Assembly (NCBI GenBank): GCA_052327205.1 | Contig: CM126205.1 | Coordinates: forward strand, 294,996,001-295,060,000 | Direction of reading: 5' to 3' | Source: Somniosus microcephalus | Lineage: Eukaryota | DNA length: 64,000 nucleotides | Part shown: piece after piece, positions 1 through 11,573 of the stretch | How the letters are laid out: each line of letters opens with the position of its first letter | How positions within the stretch are numbered: position 1 is the stretch's first letter | Notes under the pieces: model-generated | Databases searched by the model: none | Told to the model about the DNA's origin: nothing | What the model saw: only the letters and a program-made list of their open reading frames with translations | Position numbers and translations under genes: made by a program

Positions 1-620
1 TTCAACGCCGGGCAGATCATGGTGTCATTGAGCGTGCAACAACGCTCACTGGGTGCCCGATCTGGAAAATTAATTGTCGCCACTTACCTCAGCGCCGCGA
101 ACACACAGCGACAGGGAGCGCTAACGTGCAGCTGCAGGAAGCCGGCTCCAGCGATCTTATTTAAAGGCATCAGCATTAATCACTTGCAGCTGTCAGGGTC
201 GGTTAGTTTCAGTGGTTCCTTGTCAGTTTCACCCAGTGGAACAGTTTGTATGAATAATTTCAAGCTTCTTTTGTATCAGCAGTCTTCTGGCAAGTGCAAA
301 GTAACTACATTTATTGTTCAAAGATTCAAACTGCTACACCTGGCAACATTAATGGGGGCTGTACTAGCAAGTCAGCTCAACCTCCAGGATCTATGGCAGA
401 GGGAGCGTAGGCAGCGAGAAATATAGGAACACGTGCACAGAGGGATGAGGAGGGACATTAGGGCTCAAAACCAGGTGGCCTTACCCTCCGAGGGTATTCC
501 GACAGCAATTCTCCTACCTTCAATTAAGCAAGGAGCAGTGTATTAGATGGCTCCGCATCACTAAGGTGGTAGTCACAGAACTCTGCCACCTCCTCCAAAC
601 AGACCTCCAGTCTTACAGCA
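1..620 (+). pseudogene. Decayed Harbinger transposon, left part with the N-terminal fragment of the nuclease
   Basis: About 478-612 translates to PYPPRVFRQQFSYLQLSKEQCIRWLRITKVVVTELCHLLQTDLQS. This resembles PYPLREYRQQVSYLTMTAAQCVKRLRFRREVVAEICQLLHRDLHP in the intact nuclease at 3833-4987. It stops where the CR1 5' repeats begin. Confidence 0.75.
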
Positions 621-621
621 G

Positions 622-848
622 ACTTTCGCGGGCTTTTTTTTTACAGAGGCCAGTGTTGGGAGGAGGAGAGAGCAGCGGTACAGTGAGTACTTCAACTCAC
701 TTTCGCGGGCTTTCTTTCAGAGGCCACTGTCGGGAGGAGCAGAGAGCAGCGGTACAGTAAGTACTTAAACTCACTTTCATGGGCGTTCTTTCAGAGGCCA
801 GTGTCGGGAGGAGCAGAGAGTGGTGGTACAGTGAGTACTTAAACTCAC
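622..848 (+). repeat. CR1 5'UTR tandem monomers (about 75 bp x3; further copies at about 1834-1920)
   Basis: Repeated unit ACTTTCGCGGGCTTTCTTTCAGAGGCCAGTGTCGGGAGGAGCAGAGAGCAGCGGTACAGTGAGTACTTAAACTC. Confidence 0.85.
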
Positions 849-1833
849 AATATATATTAATGATCTGGACGAGGGAATTGGATGTAGTATCTCCAACTTT
901 GCAGACGACACAAAGCTGGGTGGGCGTGTGTGCTGTGAGGAGGATGTTGTGAAACTCCAGTACGATTTGGACAGGTTGGGTGATTGGGCAGAAACATGGC
1001 AAATGCACTATAATGTGGATAAATGTGAGGTTATCCACTTTGGTGGCAAAAACAGAAAGGCAGGTTATTATTTGAATGGCAATAGATTGGGAGAAGGGGA
1101 AGTGCAAAGAGACCTGGGTGTTCTTGAGCACCAGTCGCTGAAGGTAAGCATGCAGGTGCAGCAGGCGGTTGGGAAGGCAAATGGTATGTTGGCCTTCATA
1201 GCAAAAGGGTTTGAGTACAGGAACAAGGATGTCTTGCTGCAGTTGTACAGGGCCTTGGTGAGACCGCACCTTGAGTTTTGTGTGCAGCTTTGGTCGCCTT
1301 ATCTGAGGAAGGACGTTCTTGCCATGGAAGGAGTGCAGCGAAGATTCACCAGGCTGATACCTGGGACGGCAGGAATGACGTATGAGGAGAGATTGTGTCG
1401 ATTGGGCTTATACTCACTGGAGTTTAGAAGATTGAGAGGGGATCTCATCGAAACCTATAAAATTCTGTCAGGCCTGGACAGACTAGATGCAGGAAGGATG
1501 TTCCCGATGGCCGGGGAGTCCAGAACTAGGGGTCATAGTCTAAGGATAAGGGGTAAGCCATTTAGGACTGAGATGAGGAGGAATTTCTTCACCCAAAGAG
1601 TGGTGAACCTGTGGAATTCTCTGCCACAGAAGGCAGTGGAGGCCAATTCATTAAATATATTCAAGAAGGAGTTGAATATATTTCTTAAGGCTAAAAGGAT
1701 CAAGGGATATGGGGAGTAGGCAGGGACAGGGTACTGAATTTGGATGATCAGCCATGATCTCATTGAATGGCGGAGCATGCTCGAGGGGCCGAATGGCCTA
1801 CTCCTGCTCCTATCTTCTATGTTTCTATGTTTC
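849..1833 (+). mobile_element. 5'-truncated CR1 (RT C-terminus plus 3'UTR) inserted in the 5'UTR repeats of the host CR1
   Basis: Contains the FADD motif (TTTGCAGACGAC at about 898) and ORF 928-1719 (WQMHYNVDKC, YRALVRPHLEFC, FFTQRVVNLWNSLP). Tail is TTCTATGTTTCTATGT. Closely similar to about 9836-10820. Confidence 0.92.
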
Positions 1834-2234
1834 TTTCTTTCAGAGGTCAGTGTCGGGAGGAGCAGAGAGCGGCAGTACAGTGAGTACATAAACTCACTTT
1901 CATGGGCTTTCTTTCAGAGGCTTACCAATCTCACAGACCGGCGGCGGTGTTCCAGAGCCATGTCACGATTCAAAAAGTGACGCAGGCAAGAGGAAGCAGC
2001 TGATTGGGTGAGTACGGCCAGGTGAGTAGTTATACTACTCTATCGTTTGACAGTTAAGATTAATAGTTTATAAAATTTAGAAGGTCTTACTTTTTGTGGT
2101 TATAGTTTCTAAGGTCTCTATTGTGTATCGGGGAGTGCTAGTAACCAAGGGCCCTTGAGTATATCATTTAATTGTAGTGTAATTAGTGATATTGATTTGA
2201 TTTAATTTAATTTAAACTAATTAAAGGGTAAGTC

Positions 2235-3184
2235 ATGGCAGGACAGCTCGGCCCCATGGCATGCTCCTCCTGCGCTATGTGGGAAATCAGGGACACTTCC
2301 TGTGTCCCTGATGACCATGTGTGCAGGAAGTGTAGCCAGCTGCAGCTACTGACAGACTGCATTGCAGCGCTGGAGCTGCGAATGGATACATACCGGAGCA
2401 TTCATGATGCTGAGGACATCATGGATAGCATGTTTAGGGAGTTGGTCACACCGCAGGTAAAGGCTGCACAGGCAGGAAGGGAATGGGTGACCACCAGGCA
2501 GAGTAGTAGGTGCAGACAGGTAGTGCAGGGGTCCCCTGTGGCCACCCCCCTCTCAAACAGATATACCACTTGGGATATTGTTGAGGGAGGTGCTTATCGG
2601 GGGAAGGCAGCAGCAGCCAACTTCCTGGCACCATAGGTGGTTCTGCTGCACAGGACAGGAGGAAAAAGAGTGGGAGAGCTATAGTGATAGGGGATTCTAT
2701 TGTAAGGGGAATAGGTAGGCGTTTCTGCGGCCGCAAACGAGACTCCAGGATGGTATGTTGCTTCCCTGGTGCAAGGGTAAAGGATGTCTCGGGGCGGCTG
2801 CAGGGCATTCTGGAGGGGGAGGGTGAACAACCAGTTGTTGTGGTGCATATAGGTACCAACGATATAGGTAAAAAATAGGATGAGGTCCTAAAAGCTGAAT
2901 ATAGGGAGTTAGGAGGTAAATTAAAAAATAGGACCTCAAAGGTAGTAATCTCAGGATTGCTACCAGTGCCACGTGCTAGTCAGAATAGAAATAGAAGGAT
3001 ATTTCAGATGAATATGTGGCTAGAGGAATGGTGCAAGGGGGAGGGATTCAAATTCCTGGGACATTGGAACCAGTTCTGGTGGAGGTGGGACCAGTACAAA
3101 CTGGACGGTTTGCACCTGGGCGGGACCGGGACTGATTTCCTAGCGGGAGTGTTTGCTAGTGCTGTTGGGGAGGGTTTAAACTAA
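2235..3184 (+). pseudogene. CR1 ORF1 (Zn-finger plus SGNH esterase), frameshifted and stop-interrupted
   Basis: CSSCAMWE...HVCRKC in 2235-2636; GDSIVRG and VVVHIGTNDIG in 2684-2878; DGLHL in 2957-3184. Confidence 0.88.
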
Positions 3185-3832
3185 AATGGCAGGGGGCTGG
3201 GAACCTGTGCAAGGAGGCAGAGGAAAGGGAAGCAAGGGTAGAAACAAAAGACAGGAAGGAGAAAAGCAAAAGTGGAAGGCAGAGAAATCAAAGGTGCAAA
3301 TCAAACAGGGCTACAGTAAATAATAATTCTAAAGGGACTAAGGCCTAGAAATTCAGTTGCGTTCGCCAGCCGTTAGCGCCATAGGAGGAGTAGATTTCGA
3401 GCGCTAGGCACTTACGCAGAACGATCTGCGCCTACGCCCAACTTCAGTAGACATTTAGCGCCGGCGCAAAGTGTTTGCGCGCGCTCAGCTGCGCGCGCAA
3501 CTTATGACATCATTTCGTCGTGCAACGCCCTTTGTGCGCCCCAAACCGGAACTTCAGTCGCGCCCGCCCAATGTGGGCGTGGCGCTGTTAAGAACTGTGA
3601 AGTGGAACGCAGCAGAGGCCCTGCGGGCCTCGGGGAGCGCTAATTAAAGGGCACTTAGACTGAACTATAAAGGCCAGCCATTTTGCTCCAATGACTTTAG
3701 TGCAATGGATTTCTGGACAGAGACCAAGGAAGAGACCTTACTGATTTGGGCCAACATAGGAGAGGTATTTTTGGCTTCTGGCCAGAGCTTGGAAATTTGA
3801 CTCATTGTGATTTCACTGTTTGCAAGTATATT

Positions 3833-4987
3833 ATGGGGGTTGCATGGGGTTCCAACCCTCAGTTCCAGCATTATGTGCGAAGGGCTCGCAGACGCTGTGT
3901 GAGAGGGGCAGCCATGCCTAGACGCAGAGGGGCCATCAGGCATCGGCAACATAGGCCTTACCCACTCAGGGAATACCGCCAGCAGGTGTCCTATCTCACC
4001 ATGACTGCCGCGCAGTGTGTTAAGAGGCTGCGCTTCAGAAGGGAGGTGGTTGCAGAGATCTGCCAGCTGCTTCACAGAGATCTGCATCCACAGCTGATGT
4101 GCAGGACGTCTCTGTCGGTGGAAGTGAAAGTCACGGTGGCTCTGAACTTTTATGCAAGCGGCTCCTTCCAAGCCGCTGCTGGGGACATAGCTAACATCTC
4201 CCAGTTCGCCGTGCATCGCTACATCCGGCAGGTCACCGATGCCCTTTTCACAAGGAGACACCAATTCATCTCCTTCCCCATGACCCTAGAGAGGCAGGAG
4301 CAGCGTGCAGTCGGATTTGCGAGGATCGCCGACTTCCCCATGGTGCAGGGCGCCATTGACTGCACGCATTTGGCTTTGCGGGCACCTATCGACAATGCCG
4401 AGGATTACCGCAACCGGAAGGGCTACCATTCCCTCAATGTACAGCTGGTGTGTGACCACAGGCAGCGCATCCCAGCTGTCAATGCCCGCTTTCCAGGCAG
4501 CAGCCACGATGCATTTATCCTGCGCCAGACTACTGTGGCTGACATGTTCCAGGCACAGCCTCCCCCAAGAGGATGGCTTATCGGGGACAAAGGCTATCCT
4601 TTGTGTACATGGCTCATGACCCCGCTCCGCGTGCCCAGGACCCCTGCTGAGGAGGCATACAACGAAAGCCATCAAGCCACAAGGAACATCATAGAGCAAA
4701 CGATTGGCGTCCTCAAGCAACGGTTCCGCTGCCTGGATCGCTCCGGCGGATCTCTGCAGTATTCGCCGGATAGAGTCTCCCAGTTCGTCGTCGTTTGCTG
4801 CATGCTGCACAACCTGGCTATCCGCAGGACTCAGGCACTGCCACCTCACGTTGGACCACCACCTCAGGAGGATGAGCAGGAGGACCATGAGGAGGAGGAG
4901 GAGGAGGAGGAGGAGGAGTACCAGCCCAGGAGGGAGCCACAAGGTCCAAGGGCCGTCCGTCGGCGGCTTATTGAACGACACTTCTAG
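3833..4987 (+). CDS. Harbinger DDE transposase (HARBI1-like, 384 aa from the first ATG)
   Basis: Uninterrupted ORF with GAIDCTH, RNRKGYHSLNVQLVCD, FPGSSHDAFIL, LIGDKGYP, IEQTIGVLKQRFRCL, CCMLHN and an acidic tail. The catalytic D/D/E residues are present. Confidence 0.95.
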   Translation: MGVAWGSNPQFQHYVRRARRRCVRGAAMPRRRGAIRHRQHRPYPLREYRQQVSYLTMTAAQCVKRLRFRREVVAEICQLLHRDLHPQLMCRTSLSVEVKVTVALNFYASGSFQAAAGDIANISQFAVHRYIRQVTDALFTRRHQFISFPMTLERQEQRAVGFARIADFPMVQGAIDCTHLALRAPIDNAEDYRNRKGYHSLNVQLVCDHRQRIPAVNARFPGSSHDAFILRQTTVADMFQAQPPPRGWLIGDKGYPLCTWLMTPLRVPRTPAEEAYNESHQATRNIIEQTIGVLKQRFRCLDRSGGSLQYSPDRVSQFVVVCCMLHNLAIRRTQALPPHVGPPPQEDEQEDHEEEEEEEEEEYQPRREPQGPRAVRRRLIERHF

Positions 4988-5242
4988 GCCCCCTGTCACG
5001 GAATGGCTTGTGGCCATGAAGGCACATGAATGCAGCCGCTCCGCAAGCCCTCAGCCGGTTAACGCAACAACCACTTGAAACATCACACATGGACAAGCTG
5101 AATAAAGAAAAAGCTTTATTGAACAAACTCAGGGCCCTTCCCACATGAAACCCAAAAACAGACAACACCCCCAAAAAACACTCAAATACATATCTCACTC
5201 CCACAACCTGGGGAGGAATAACAAAACTTGTCCATCCAAATG

Positions 5243-5390
5243 GCCTTCATCCTCGGCCTTACCAAAAGAACCCCCCCCATAGACAGCACAAGCACCCCCA
5301 TATAAAAAAACATTTGCCTTCATCCTCGGCCTTACCAAAAGAACCCCCCCCCATAGACAGCACAAGCACCCCCATATAAAAAAACATTTG
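5243..5390. repeat. Tandem duplication of about 74 bp between the convergent Harbinger genes
   Basis: GCCTTCATCCTCGGCCTTACCAAAAGAACCCCCCCCATAGACAGCACAAGCACCCCCATATAAAAAAACATTT occurs twice. Confidence 0.85.
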
Positions 5391-5400
5391 CCAACACACT

Positions 5401-7548
5401 CTACTTTGTGTGCCGAGAGGGCGAGTCCTTGTCCAGCCTTTTCCGGCCCCTGGCCGACCTGCTGCTCCGCCTCAACCTGGGCCCTGTGGGTGTTGCAAGG
5501 CTGGGGGAAGGCTCCTGAGGGGCACATTGCGTGACGGCAGGTGCCCTTGGGGGTCGGCCTAGACGAGCTCTGGCCCTCGAGGGGCCGGCTGCTGACTGCT
5601 GCAGCTGTGGCTGGGCAGCATCAGTCTCTCCAGCAGCTCGTCGCAGCGTTGCTGGGGGAGTAGCAGTGGCGGCTGCAGCAATGGGGGCAAGCTGGCTGAT
5701 GCCAGGCGCTCGCTGCTCGCCAGAGACACTGGCACTCGGCCGGGCTGGCACTGCAGCAAGCGCAGCAATCTGGTGAAGGCCAGACCGCTGTGCTGCAGCA
5801 GCGCGGCGGGTGCCCTGGCGATGCGTGCGTGACACAGCGAGTGTGGCAGCAGTGAGTGCCCGTACTGCCCTGGTCTGTGCCCGCATCAGACCAGCCAGTG
5901 ACTGCATGGCACCACTGATCAACTGTCCACTCGCTGCCTGTGCTGTCCTGAAGTCGTCCCGACTCGCGTCCTGTGCTGCCCTGAATTCGGCCCGACTCGC
6001 ATCCTGTGGTGCCCCGAATTCGGCCCGACTCGCGTCCTGTGATGCCCTGAATTGTTCGAGACCCCTGGCCTGTGCTGCCGCGAGTTGTTCGAAACCCCTG
6101 GCCTGTGAGGCCCCGAAATCGGACACACTATGAGCCAGGGACTCAATGGCCTCAGGCAACCGTGCCACAACCCCCATGAACTCGGTGTGCCGACGATCCG
6201 AGTCTGCGGACATTTGATCAAGGAGGCGCACCTCCTGGGCGAGGACCGTCTCCGGACTGGAGGCCGGACTCTCCCTCTGGGGAGAAGGCCGCCGAGCTGC
6301 CCGACCCTTCCCGCGTGGCTGCACGCCACTGGGCCCAGCAACTACACTCCCCTGCAACACTTCCCCCCTCTGGGGAGAAGGCAGCCGGGCTGCCCGACCC
6401 TTCCCGCGTGGCTGGACGCCACTGGGCACAGGAGCTACACTCCCCTGCAACACTTCCCCCCTCTGGGGAGAAGGCAGCCGTGCTGCCCGACCCTTCCCGC
6501 GTGGCTGGATGCCACTGGGCACAGGAGCTACACCCCCCTGCAACACTTCCCCCTGGCTCTCCTCCAGGGAAGACGTGTCCCCTCCATTGCCATCCCCTGG
6601 CGCGGATGAGGGATCCCCCGATGGGCCGCCTTCCTCTTGCTCCTCCTCGTCCTCCTCTTCCGAGGGACTGACACTCGCAGCTTCAGGGACCTCCTCCTCA
6701 CCAGCTGAAAGCAGGAAGGCACAAGAGTAGCTTTAGAGTGAGGACAGGGCATCAGCGAGGGAGGCATGAGTGGTGGCATTCTGCGCATTGGTCGGACAGT
6801 GGCAAAGGATGTAGATCTGAAGCGCAAGGGGAACGAGAGAGGTCCAAAAGGTCATGTCCTTACCATTGGGGCCCAGCACAGGGTCGGCATCTCCAATTGC
6901 AATGGGGCCAATCACCCGGGCACCCATGAGTCGACCCACGCGCTCCTCCAGGTCACTGAGCTCCTGGAACTGGGTACGGCCTCCCCCGGTGACAGTCCGG
7001 CTCTTCAGATTCTGGGCCAGCTTGGCCTGCAAGAGAAAGGACGGCTTCTAAGTACAGTGTGGTGCCCTGTTGTTGTGTGCACTGCCTCCCATGGTCGAAT
7101 AGCTTGGCCAGTGTGGTGCCCTGTTGTTGTGTGCACTGCCTCCCATGGTCGAATAGCTTGGCCAGTGTGTAAAGTGCAGAAAGTGCAAATGATGTTCATG
7201 CCAGTGCCATAGCTGCTGGATGAGGGCTGGCCATTAGGCCTTAGAGGTCCCTTTGCCCATAATGTGAGGTGCACATGCAAGGATGAGGAGGACACTGGAA
7301 AGGGTACTCACCCTGACAATCCGAGTGAGGTCGTTAAACTTTTTCCGGCATTGGACAACAGTCCAGGGGACATCGCAGGTGGCTGTGACCCTCTGGGCGA
7401 TTTCCCTCCAGGCTCTCCTGTACACCCTGTTGGGAGGCTTCTTGCCACTGTCCGGGAACAAGATATGGCTTCTCTTCTCCAAAGCCCTAACCAGCACCTT
7501 TAAATCATGGCCAGAGAAGCGCTGCGCTCGCTCACGGGCCCTCTGCAT
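5401..7548 (-). CDS. Harbinger Myb/SANT-like DNA-binding protein, 3 exons (7548-7312, 7026-6864, 6704-5401; about 567 aa)
   Basis: Exon 1 has RFSGHDLKVLV...AWREIAQRV...WTVVQCRKKFNDL followed by GTGAGT. Exon 2 follows TTGCAG, encodes AKLAQNLKSRTVTGGG...LEERV and ends at GTAAG. Exon 3 follows TTTCAG and is in frame with ORF 5401-6546. Intron phases 0 and 1 give one open frame. Confidence 0.85.
6268..6553 (-). repeat. 93-bp x3 coding tandem repeat in Myb exon 3
   Basis: A GEVLQGSVAPVPSGVQPRGKGRAARLPSPQR-like unit occurs three times. There are also 33-bp (11-aa) repeats at about 5935-6110. Confidence 0.85.
7055..7168. repeat. Perfect 54-bp tandem duplication in Myb intron 1
   Basis: CAGTGTGGTGCCCTGTTGTTGTGTGCACTGCCTCCCATGGTCGAATAGCTTGGC occurs twice. 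Confidence 0.9.
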
Positions 7549-7913
7549 CCTTCCTGGCGCTATTTCTCTCCAGCAGCAGTGTTTAGGCCTAGCTGGAGGG
7601 CTGCAGGATCCAGGGCGTGGCAGCAGACCAAGTCGACCCTTCCCCCTTTAAGAGCTGGCCGGCGCCAGGGTGTCTGCTGTCAATCAAAACATGACCGCAC
7701 CTGCGCTGCGCCCGGCCTCGGCGGTATCAGTCTGCACCGCCGGCTTAGCGCCTAAGGATAGCCATGCATCGCCAGTTTTAGCGCTCGAGCAAACTCCTTG
7801 GCCAAAGCTACTGAATTTCGGCGAACTGCCCTCCACTTTCCGGCGGGCGCAAACTTTAGCGGCCGCCCGACTTTACCGCCCCAAAAGTGGCTCAACTGAA
7901 TTTCTAGGCCTAA

Positions 7914-10727
7914 GAGTGTTAAAAAAACAAGCCTGAAGGCTTTGTGTATAATGCGAGGAGCATTCGTAATAAGGTGGATGAATTAACTGCGCAAATAGAT
8001 GTAAACAGATATAATGTAATTGGAATTACGAAGACATGGCTCCAGGGTGACCAAGGCTGAGAATTCAACATCCAGGGGTATTCAATATTCAGGAAGGACA
8101 GGCAAAAACGAAAAGGAGGTGGGGTAGCATTTCTGGTTAAAGAGGAGATTAACACAATAGTAAGGAAGGATATCAGCTCTGATGATGTGGAATCTGTATG
8201 GGTAGAGCTGAGAAATACCAAGGGGCAGAATAGGTTAGTGGGAGTTGTATACAGACCCCCAAACAGTAATGCTGAGGTTGGGGATGGCATTAAACTGGAA
8301 ATTAGAGATGCGTGGAATAAGGGCACAGCAGTTATCATGGATGACTTTAATCTACATATAGATTGGGCTAACCAAATTAGTAACAATACTGTGGAGGAGG
8401 AATTCCTAGAGTGTCTACGGGATGGTTTCCTGGACCAATATGTCGAGGAACCAACTGGAGATCAGGCCATCTTAGACAGGGTATTATGTAATGAGAAAGG
8501 ATTAATTAGCAATCTTGTTGCGTAAGGCCCCTTGGGGAAGAGCGATCATAATATGAAGGAATTCTTCATTAAGATGGAGAGTGAAGTAGTTGACTCAGAG
8601 ACTAGGGTCCTGAATTTAAATAAAGGAAACTATGATGGTATGAGGTGCAAGTTGGCTAGGATGGATTGGGGAATGTTACTTAAAGGGTTGACGGTGGATA
8701 GGCAAGGGCAAACATTTAAAGATCGCATGGATGAACTACAGAATTTGTTCATCCCTGTTTGGCATGAAAATAAAACAAAAAAGGTGACTCAACTGTGGCT
8801 AACAAGGGAAATTAGGGATAGCATAAGATCGAAGGAGAGGACATATAAATTGGCCAGAAAAAGCAGCAAACCTGAGGATTGGGAGCAGTTTAGGATTCAG
8901 CAAAGGAGGACAAAGGGATTATTTAAGAGGGGGAAAATAGAATATGAGAGTATGCTTGCAGGGAACATAAAAACTGACTGTAAAAGCTTCTATAGATACG
9001 TGAAGAGAAAAACATTGGTGAAGTCCCTTGCAGCCAGATTCAGGGGAATTTATAATGGGGAACAAAGAAATGGCAGGCCAATTAAATACATACTTTGGTT
9101 CTGTCTTCAAAAGGAGGACACAAATAACCTTCCAGAGATGTCGGGGAACATAGGGCCTAATGAGAGGGAGGAATTGAATGAAATCAGTATTAGTAGGAAA
9201 ATGGTGTTAGGGAAATTGACGGCATTGAAGGCCGATAAATCCCCAGGGCCTGATAATCTACATCCTAGGGTACTTAAGGAAGTGGCCCTAGAAATAGTAG
9301 ATGCATTGATGGTCATCTTCCAAAGTTCTATAGACTCTGGAATAGTTCCCATGGATTGGAGGGTAGCTAATGTAACCCCACTATTTAAAAAAGGTGGTAG
9401 AGAGAAAACGGGCAATTATAGACCGGTAAGCCTGACATTGGTAGTGGGGAAAATGCTAGAGTCCATTATAAAAGATGTAATAGCAGAGCACTTGGAAAAC
9501 AGTGACATGATCGGACAAAGTCAACATGGATTTACAAAAGGTAAATCATGCATGACTAATCTACTGGAATTTTTTGAGGATGTAACTGGTAGAATAGATA
9601 AGGGAGAACCAGTGGATGTGGTGTATTTGGACTTTCAGAAGGCTTTTGATAAGATCCCGCATAAGAGATTGGCGTGCAAAGTGAATGCACATGGGATTGG
9701 GTGTAAGGTACTGACTAGGATAGAGAACTGGTTGGCAGACAGGAAGCAAAGTGTTGGAATAAATGGGTCTTTTTCCGAGTGGCAGGCAGTGACTAGTGGG
9801 GTACTGCAGGGAATGGTGCTAGGACCCCAGGTATTCACAGTATATATTAATGTTCTAGGCGAGGGAACTAGATGTAATGACTCCAAGTTTGCAGACAGCA
9901 GAAAGCTGAGTGGGCATGTGTTCTGTGAGGAGGATGCAGAGAAACTCCAGTATGATTTGGACAGGTTGGGTGATTGGGCAGATGCATGGCAGATGCAGTA
10001 TAATGTGGATAAATGCGAGGTTATCCACTTTGGTGGCAAAAACAGGAAGACAGATTATTGTTTGAATGGCAATAGATTGGGAAAAGGGGAAGTGCAACGA
10101 GACCTGGGTGTCCTTGTGCACCAGTCACTGAAGGTAAGCATGCAGGTACAGCAGGCGGTTGGGAAGGCAAATGGTATGTTGGCCCTCATAGCGAGAGGAT
10201 TCGAGTACAGGAGCAAGGATGTCTTGTTGCAGTTGTACACGGCCTTGGTGAGACCGCACCTTGAGTATTGTGTGCAGTTTTGTTCACCTTATCTGAGGAA
10301 AGATGTTCTTGCCATGGAGGGAGTGCAGCGAAGATTCACCAGATTGATACCTGGGATGGCAGGAATGATGTATGAAGAGAGATTGGGTCCATGAGGCTTA
10401 TATTCGCTGGAGTTTAGAAGAATGAGAGGGGATCTCATTGAAACTTATAACATTCTAAAAGGACTAGACAGACTAGATGCAGGAAGGATGTTCCCGATGG
10501 CGGGGGAGTCCAGAACCAGGGGTCACAGTCTAAGGATAAGGGGTAAGCCATTTAGGACTGAGATGAGGAGGAATTTCTTCACCCAGAGAGTGGTGAACCT
10601 GTGGAATTCTCTACCACAGAAGGCAGCTGAGGCCAACTTATTAAATATATTCAAGAAGGAGTTGAATATATTTCTTAAGGCTAAAGGGGTCAAGGGATAT
10701 GGGGAGAAAGCAGGGACAGGGTACTGA
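7914..10727 (+). pseudogene. CR1 ORF2 (APE endonuclease plus RT), disrupted
   Basis: NARSIRNKVDEL, GVVYRPP, DFN, KSPGPD, NYRPVSLT, SQHGF, YLDFQKAFD, FADS (YADD position degenerate). Several stops and frameshifts. Confidence 0.92.
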
Positions 10728-10820
10728 ATTTGGATGATCAGCCATGATCTCATTAAATGGCAGAACAGGCTCGAGGGGCCGAATGGCCTACTCCTGTTCC
10801 TATCTTCTATGTTTCTATGT

Positions 10821-11573
10821 TGACTTAAATCCCAGATCCCTTTTGCTCACCACATGCCCATCATACCATCCCTGTGTCATGCCATATCACAGCGTCCTCC
10901 TGGGTGCAAAGGTGAAATGAGAGAGAGCACAAAATATTGAAAACTCCATTAATAAATATATGCATAAACATATCACACATATCGCATGCATTCTAATATC
11001 TAATAACTCTTGTGTCTGCCATTGTTGAATAGCTGTCATTGTGTGCAAGGCATGAGATGTGGGTGTGAGTGTTGGTAGGTAGAGATTGTTGTTGGGTGAG
11101 TGCTGGGGGTGTCATGCTTTGGGCAGTGTGTGAAGCTTGTGGTGCAGATGGTGGTATGCAGCATTTGTTGAATCCTTCAATCACCCTGACCAGCCGACTG
11201 AGGTGGATCTGCCATGAGCACACCTGCTTCAGTCCTCCGGCTCCTTCTCCTTGTTGTGTTCCTCCATGCTGAGGCAGCTGCACAGCCAGCAATGCTGGGA
11301 ATGAGGTGCTGCAGTGTCAATGAACCTCCCCTTTAATACTGTGAAAAGCCTGTGGCAATGATGAGTTGCGATTAGACTGCACCCAATATTGGTCCACCCT
11401 TTCAGTGTAACGCCACTGAACTAGGCCTTTAAGACTTGATTTAGTGCTCCAATCATTTCTTTGAGCAGTGAGAATGAACTTTGCGTGCAGTCTAAAGCAT
11501 TAGCGCCTGGCGCTAATTCTCAAACTTTTCTAAAGATACCACCCATTTCTGGGCTATAATGAATTTCTAGCCC
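10821..11573. mobile_element. Decayed Harbinger right end, probably the partner of 1-620
   Basis: Ends in GAATTTCTAGCCC (11561-11573), similar to the intact TIR end GAATTTCTAGGCC. GCGC-rich subterminal motifs. Confidence 0.55.

Larger units (their letters stand above)
3342..7910. mobile_element. Intact autonomous PIF/Harbinger DNA transposon (4569 bp)
   Basis: Perfect 18-bp TIRs GGCCTAGAAATTCAGTTG (3342-3359) and CAACTGAATTTCTAGGCC (7893-7910). TAA TSD at 3339-3341 and 7911-7913. Convergent nuclease and Myb-like genes. Confidence 0.97.
622..10820 (+). mobile_element. Full-length (decayed) CR1-clade LINE, interrupted by a truncated CR1 and a Harbinger
   Basis: Tandem 5'UTR monomers, ORF1 (Zn-finger/coiled coil plus SGNH esterase), ORF2 APE-RT, 3'UTR ending in (TTCTATGT)n at about 10805-10820. 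Confidence 0.9.

Noticed and set aside
3833-7548. Host genes HARBI1 and NAIF1/MSANTD
   Set aside because: Both genes lie between perfect TIRs with a TAA TSD inside a LINE, so this is a transposon rather than domesticated genes.
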